A model generated the notes under the pieces. That model ran no database searches and had not been told where the DNA came from. It saw only the letters and a list, made by a program, of their open reading frames with translations. Shown piece by piece: positions 59,590 through 64,000 of a stretch of 64,000 nt of DNA. The position numbers and the translations under genes are program-made. The first letter of the stretch is position 1; every line of letters starts with the position of its first letter. The stretch comes from the human T2T-CHM13v2.0 reference genome, Homo sapiens, in assembly GCA_009914755.4 (NCBI GenBank), contig CP068257.2:35104001-35168000 (forward strand). The letters run 5' to 3'.

Positions 59590-60490
59590 GATGACTTACA
59601 TTTGTTCAAATATACTTTTGTGTCTTTCAGATTGTTTTAAAGTGATCTTGTGTTGATTGTGCATATTTCTTATGCACTATCTTACGTATTTTATCTTATT
59701 TGTTGCTATTATGAATATATCCCATAATTTCCTTTAACTAGTTATTGCTTGTTGTATATAAAAACTATTGATTTCTGTATAATAATTTTATATCCTGCTC
59801 TATTACTGAATTCTCTTATTGTTTGAGTTAGAGAATCACTGATTCTTTAAGGTTTCTCATTTCCTCTGCAAACAGATAGTTTTATTTCTTTTTCAATGAT
59901 ACCTTTAATTGACTTCTCTTGTCTGTTTGGATTGGCTAATACCTTTAGTACAATGCCAAACAGAGGTGGAGACAGTGGGCCTCCTTGCCATGTTTCTTAG
60001 TGTTTCCCTGCTATATAAGATGCTATCTAGGACTCACAGACACTTACAAGTCAGTAAATTATCCACTAAGTCCTATTTTTGGAATTTTTAAAAATCAGGA
60101 CAGGGTGTTGAATTTTATAAAGTGTTTTCTCAGTATCTATGGAAATAATCATACATTTTTCTTTTTTGATCTATTAACATATTAATGAGTTAAGAGATCT
60201 ATTAATTTTTTTAATATTAAACCAATCTTGCATTCCTAGAAAAAAAAATCACATTTGTCTTAATGTTAGATTCTGTTAGTTAATATTTATTTAGAATTTC
60301 TGCATTGATGCTCATTAGTGATACTGGCCTGTAATTTTTATACTGTCTTTAACAGATTTAAGTATCAATATTATTTACTTCATTAAAATGAATTTGAAAA
60401 TTTTCCTTCATTTTTGATGAGCCCATCCTTTTTCCACTGAAGTACTCCTTCTGAGGAAGACTAAAAAAAAATTTCTGCCAATGATCCTGT
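59590..60490 (-). mobile_element. Old L1 LINE fragment (ORF2 region), antisense orientation.
   Basis: It matches L1 antisense motifs (ttttatatcctg..., ...gattggctaatacc...aggtggagacagtgggcctcc..., ...gatactggcctgtaattttta...). Confidence 0.55.
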
Positions 60491-60896
60491 AGGAAAATTC
60501 CAAAAGAAACCTTTTTGATTTCTTCTTGAAATAGCTTTCAGAACTCCTGTTCTCAATCAAATATCTTTGCACCTACAGGTCTATGTGAGGTACTTGCAGC
60601 ACATGGGTAGTAAGACAATGAGTTTATATTAATGTGGACTACATTTAAGAATCTACATATAAGAACCTTAACTGAGGCTTTACCTTAATACTCCAGACAA
60701 ACAGGCTGGAGACCTGACCTCCTTAAGAGGTCTGGACCAGTTCTGGTAGAGATCAGCCCAGAATGACCAGGCCTCTGAACATTCCACAAAACGTGTTCCA
60801 TGGAGAGGGTGTAGAGGAGAATAGGGAGCATTACCGAACAGCAAAGGAAAACACTTTAAGACTCTCCTCAACCATTTCCATTAAAATTTCAGAAAC

Positions 60897-61180
60897 AGGC
60901 CAGGTGCAGTGGCTCATGCCTGTAATCCCAGCACTTTTGGAGGCCGAGGCAGGTGGATCACCTGAGGTCAGGAGTTTGAGACCAACGTGGCCAACATAGT
61001 GAAACCCCATCTCTACTAAAAATACTACTAAAAATTAGCTGAGCATAGTGGCAGGCACCTGTAGTCCCAGATACTCACGAGGCTGAGGCACAAGAATCAC
61101 TTGAACTTGGGAGGCAGAGACTGCCGAGATCACACCACTGCACTCCAGCCTGGGCGACAGAGTGAGACTCTGTCTCCGAA
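60897..61180 (+). mobile_element. Alu SINE
   Basis: The sequence matches the Alu consensus. Confidence 0.88.
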
Positions 61181-61974
61181 AAAAACCAAAACCAAAACAA
61201 AGAAAACCTCCAGAAACAGATGAGAACATATTTAGATGTTTTGTATTGTATTAATACTTTTTGCTCAATTTTAACAAATGCCTCAGTCTTTGCTAGGAGC
61301 TACCCACCTCAACAAGCATGGGTTCCTGGCCATACCATCAAGGTCACAGAGGCAAAGCTGCCTCCAGAGCTAGGCTCTCAAACAATGCTGCCCATCAGAA
61401 TCGCCTGCAGTTTTAAAACACAAAGCAAAAACAAACTGATGCTAAGACCCCAGATACCCTCTGAATCCCAACCTCCAGAGCCAGAGCTTGGGTGTGTCCC
61501 AGATGATTAGAATGCAGCTGGTCCAAAGACTGGGGTTCTAAAACCACTGTTCCCAAAGCTATTTTTCAATGACTTTTTTAAAACTACATTTCTTTTAAAA
61601 AATTTCCAGAGCTACAACATCAAAGAGGCAGTAATTCTCTTCTGGTTCCTTCAATGATTGAAATGAAGCATCGCATTATTTTGATATTTACTAGGACGGC
61701 ACAACAACAGTCCCACAGATGGAGAGATTTCATTTTCTAGAGCCAGAGGGTGGTAGGTAGTCGAGGAAAAGGAAAAAGGGGAAAGGAACAAAGAACTGGC
61801 ATTCGGACACAAAGTGTGCACCACAAAGTGCCATTACGTGCAAGACAGCCACTTAGTGTGTCTGAATCCCTGTTGGTGTTCTGTCTCCCTACAGTGGCTT
61901 CATTCGCGATCACCAGATGTCAGGTCTGCCAGATGTCGTTTTTAGCACCATGAAGCATAGCAAGGGCTGGTGTC

Positions 61975-62070
61975 TCGCACACACACAAGCATGTGTGCAC
62001 ATGCACACACACACATGCACATACACACACACATACATGCACAAATCCACACACACACACACTTGACTGC
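61975..62070. repeat. Imperfect (CA)n-rich simple repeat.
   Basis: The run is cacacacaagcatgtgtgcacatgcacacacacacatgcacatacacacacacat.... Confidence 0.8.
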
Positions 62071-62509
62071 CACCTCAATATGGCAGGCTTCCAACAGTGA
62101 GCACACCAGCCAACATGGCACCATCTTTCCACTCACTGTAAGATTTCTCCAAGGTCTTATAAATGAATGAATGAACGGGCCATGGGGAAGGGGTATCTTC
62201 AGCTATAGATCTCAAGATTCTACACTGCAAGCAAGCCAGTGGTTCCTTTGACTGAGCACCCATCCACATGCTGGGCCCTTGGTATGAGCCATGTTCTCAT
62301 TTAAATGTCCCAGTGACTCTCAAGACATCATCATTGCCAAGTAGTCTCATTTTACTGCTGATAAGTGGAAGCTACACCGGAGAAGTGGCCTGGTGAGATC
62401 AGAGAACAGTCAACCAGGTTTGCCTGGCTCAGAGGCCCATCTTCTGACTCACTAGGAAAGAATCTTTTGCTTTTATCAAAACAGAATTTCAAGGTAGAAA
62501 TACCACCTC

Positions 62510-62899
<390 letters not shown>

Positions 62900-63699
62900 T
62901 AATAACATCAAAATGGGGTTCTTGCTTTATCTTTTTTTCTGAGAACTGAAACAGAGTCACCTTACATTTTCTAAAAGTAAATACTACCAGCTTGGTGGCC
63001 AAGTTCATCAGTTCTGTGCTATGTGTCTGAACAGTTATTTTCCCAGCTCTGTACGTATTCTGCTTCAAATACTTCATTTTCCCTTATGAAATTTACATAA
63101 ATTATAATACTAATAAGAAGTTTCTTTACCTACAGAGTGAAGGGGCATCTGAAACACCTGGGCAAACAAAGGAACCTGAAGGTAACGAATTCCTTCCTAC
63201 AGAAGGGCAGCTCCACCCGGCCACTTGGGCCCTTGATTTTACCCCAGGTACCGTCGCCTTCGGGGTAATGACAAGGAAGAATGCCCTGCCCTGCCAGCTG
63301 GCCTGAAAACCAGTGTGCCTTTCACCACCCTGACGCCCTGTGTGTCACCTTCCTCTTTCCCTCTCTCGGCTCCCACCTCTCTTCAGAGCCTTCCCTGCAC
63401 CCCGCCCTGCCAGAGATCAACCAACACGCCAGAGCTCGTTTGCCGGGATGCTTAGCACCAGCTTAACTCTTCACTCAGTGGGACAAGGGGCCTCTTTCTT
63501 TCAGGCAGGGCTTTGCTCCATGACACGCTGGGTTTATGGCCCCCGTGAACGAAACCTGGTTCGGAATCCAATTCTACAACAGATTTTCGTTCAAATGGTT
63601 ATTTTCCATCCCTTGCCCCCAATTCCATTTTCTACCCATCTCTCCCGGCTCTCTGCCTGTGGGGGCTGACCCCTTGAGACCTGGGTGGATTCGTGCTTC

Positions 63700-64000
63700 T
63701 GGGTGGGTTCTGTGCTGGCAAGACATTTTATATCCTGTTCTCTTACTGAATCCTTGTACTGTTTGTTTAGTTTGATCGTTTATTCTCAAGGTTTCCCAGA
63801 TATACTACAATATCATCCACAGATAGAGTTTTACTTCTTTTCTGATTCTTAGGTCTCCAGTTGGCTTCCGTGTCCACTTGGATTGGGTAATACCTCCAGG
63901 ATGATGCTAAGTATTATAGAAGTGGAGGCAGTGGGTGTATCCTGGCCTTGTTCCTCCTGATCTCTGTGGAAATGCTCTTAGGTTTCCCCAAGAAGCAGGA
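63700..64000 (-). mobile_element. Old L1 LINE fragment (ORF2 region), antisense. It covers the same L1 region as 59740-60030 but is a diverged, independent copy.
   Basis: It matches ttttatatcctg...catccacagatagag...gattgggtaatacctccaggatgatgct...gtggaggcagtgggtgtatcctggccttgttcc, which corresponds to the L1 antisense consensus. Confidence 0.55.

Overview
This window reads as human genomic DNA from the chr21q22.13 SIM2/HLCS locus. The plus strand carries the 3' half of SIM2: seven coding exons joined by GT-AG introns whose spliced translation reproduces SIM2 from ...[12 protein letters not shown]... through the PAS-A and PAS-B domains to the Ala/Pro-rich C-terminus ...LGASVIITNGR and the stop codon. 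It also carries the read-through terminal exon of the short isoform SIM2s. The minus strand, arranged tail-to-tail with SIM2, carries the last five coding exons of HLCS (holocarboxylase synthetase). Those exons encode the biotin-ligase catalytic and C-terminal domain from residue ~484 to the stop after ...LILPKRR, and include the known mutation codons R508, V550, D571, G581 and D634. The rest is intron, 3'UTR and repeats: about 37 Alu elements on both strands, several old L1 fragments, a hAT-type MER30-like element, long polypurine and polypyrimidine microsatellites, and a strong CpG island over the last SIM2 exon. I found no evidence of a novel gene system. The notable items are structural: convergent 3' ends, a CpG island at the 3' end of SIM2, triplex-prone tracts close to exons, a templated-insertion palindrome inside an Alu, and a recent 59-bp local duplication. 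Features I could not recognise by eye, such as MIR/L2 elements and conserved enhancers, are not called.
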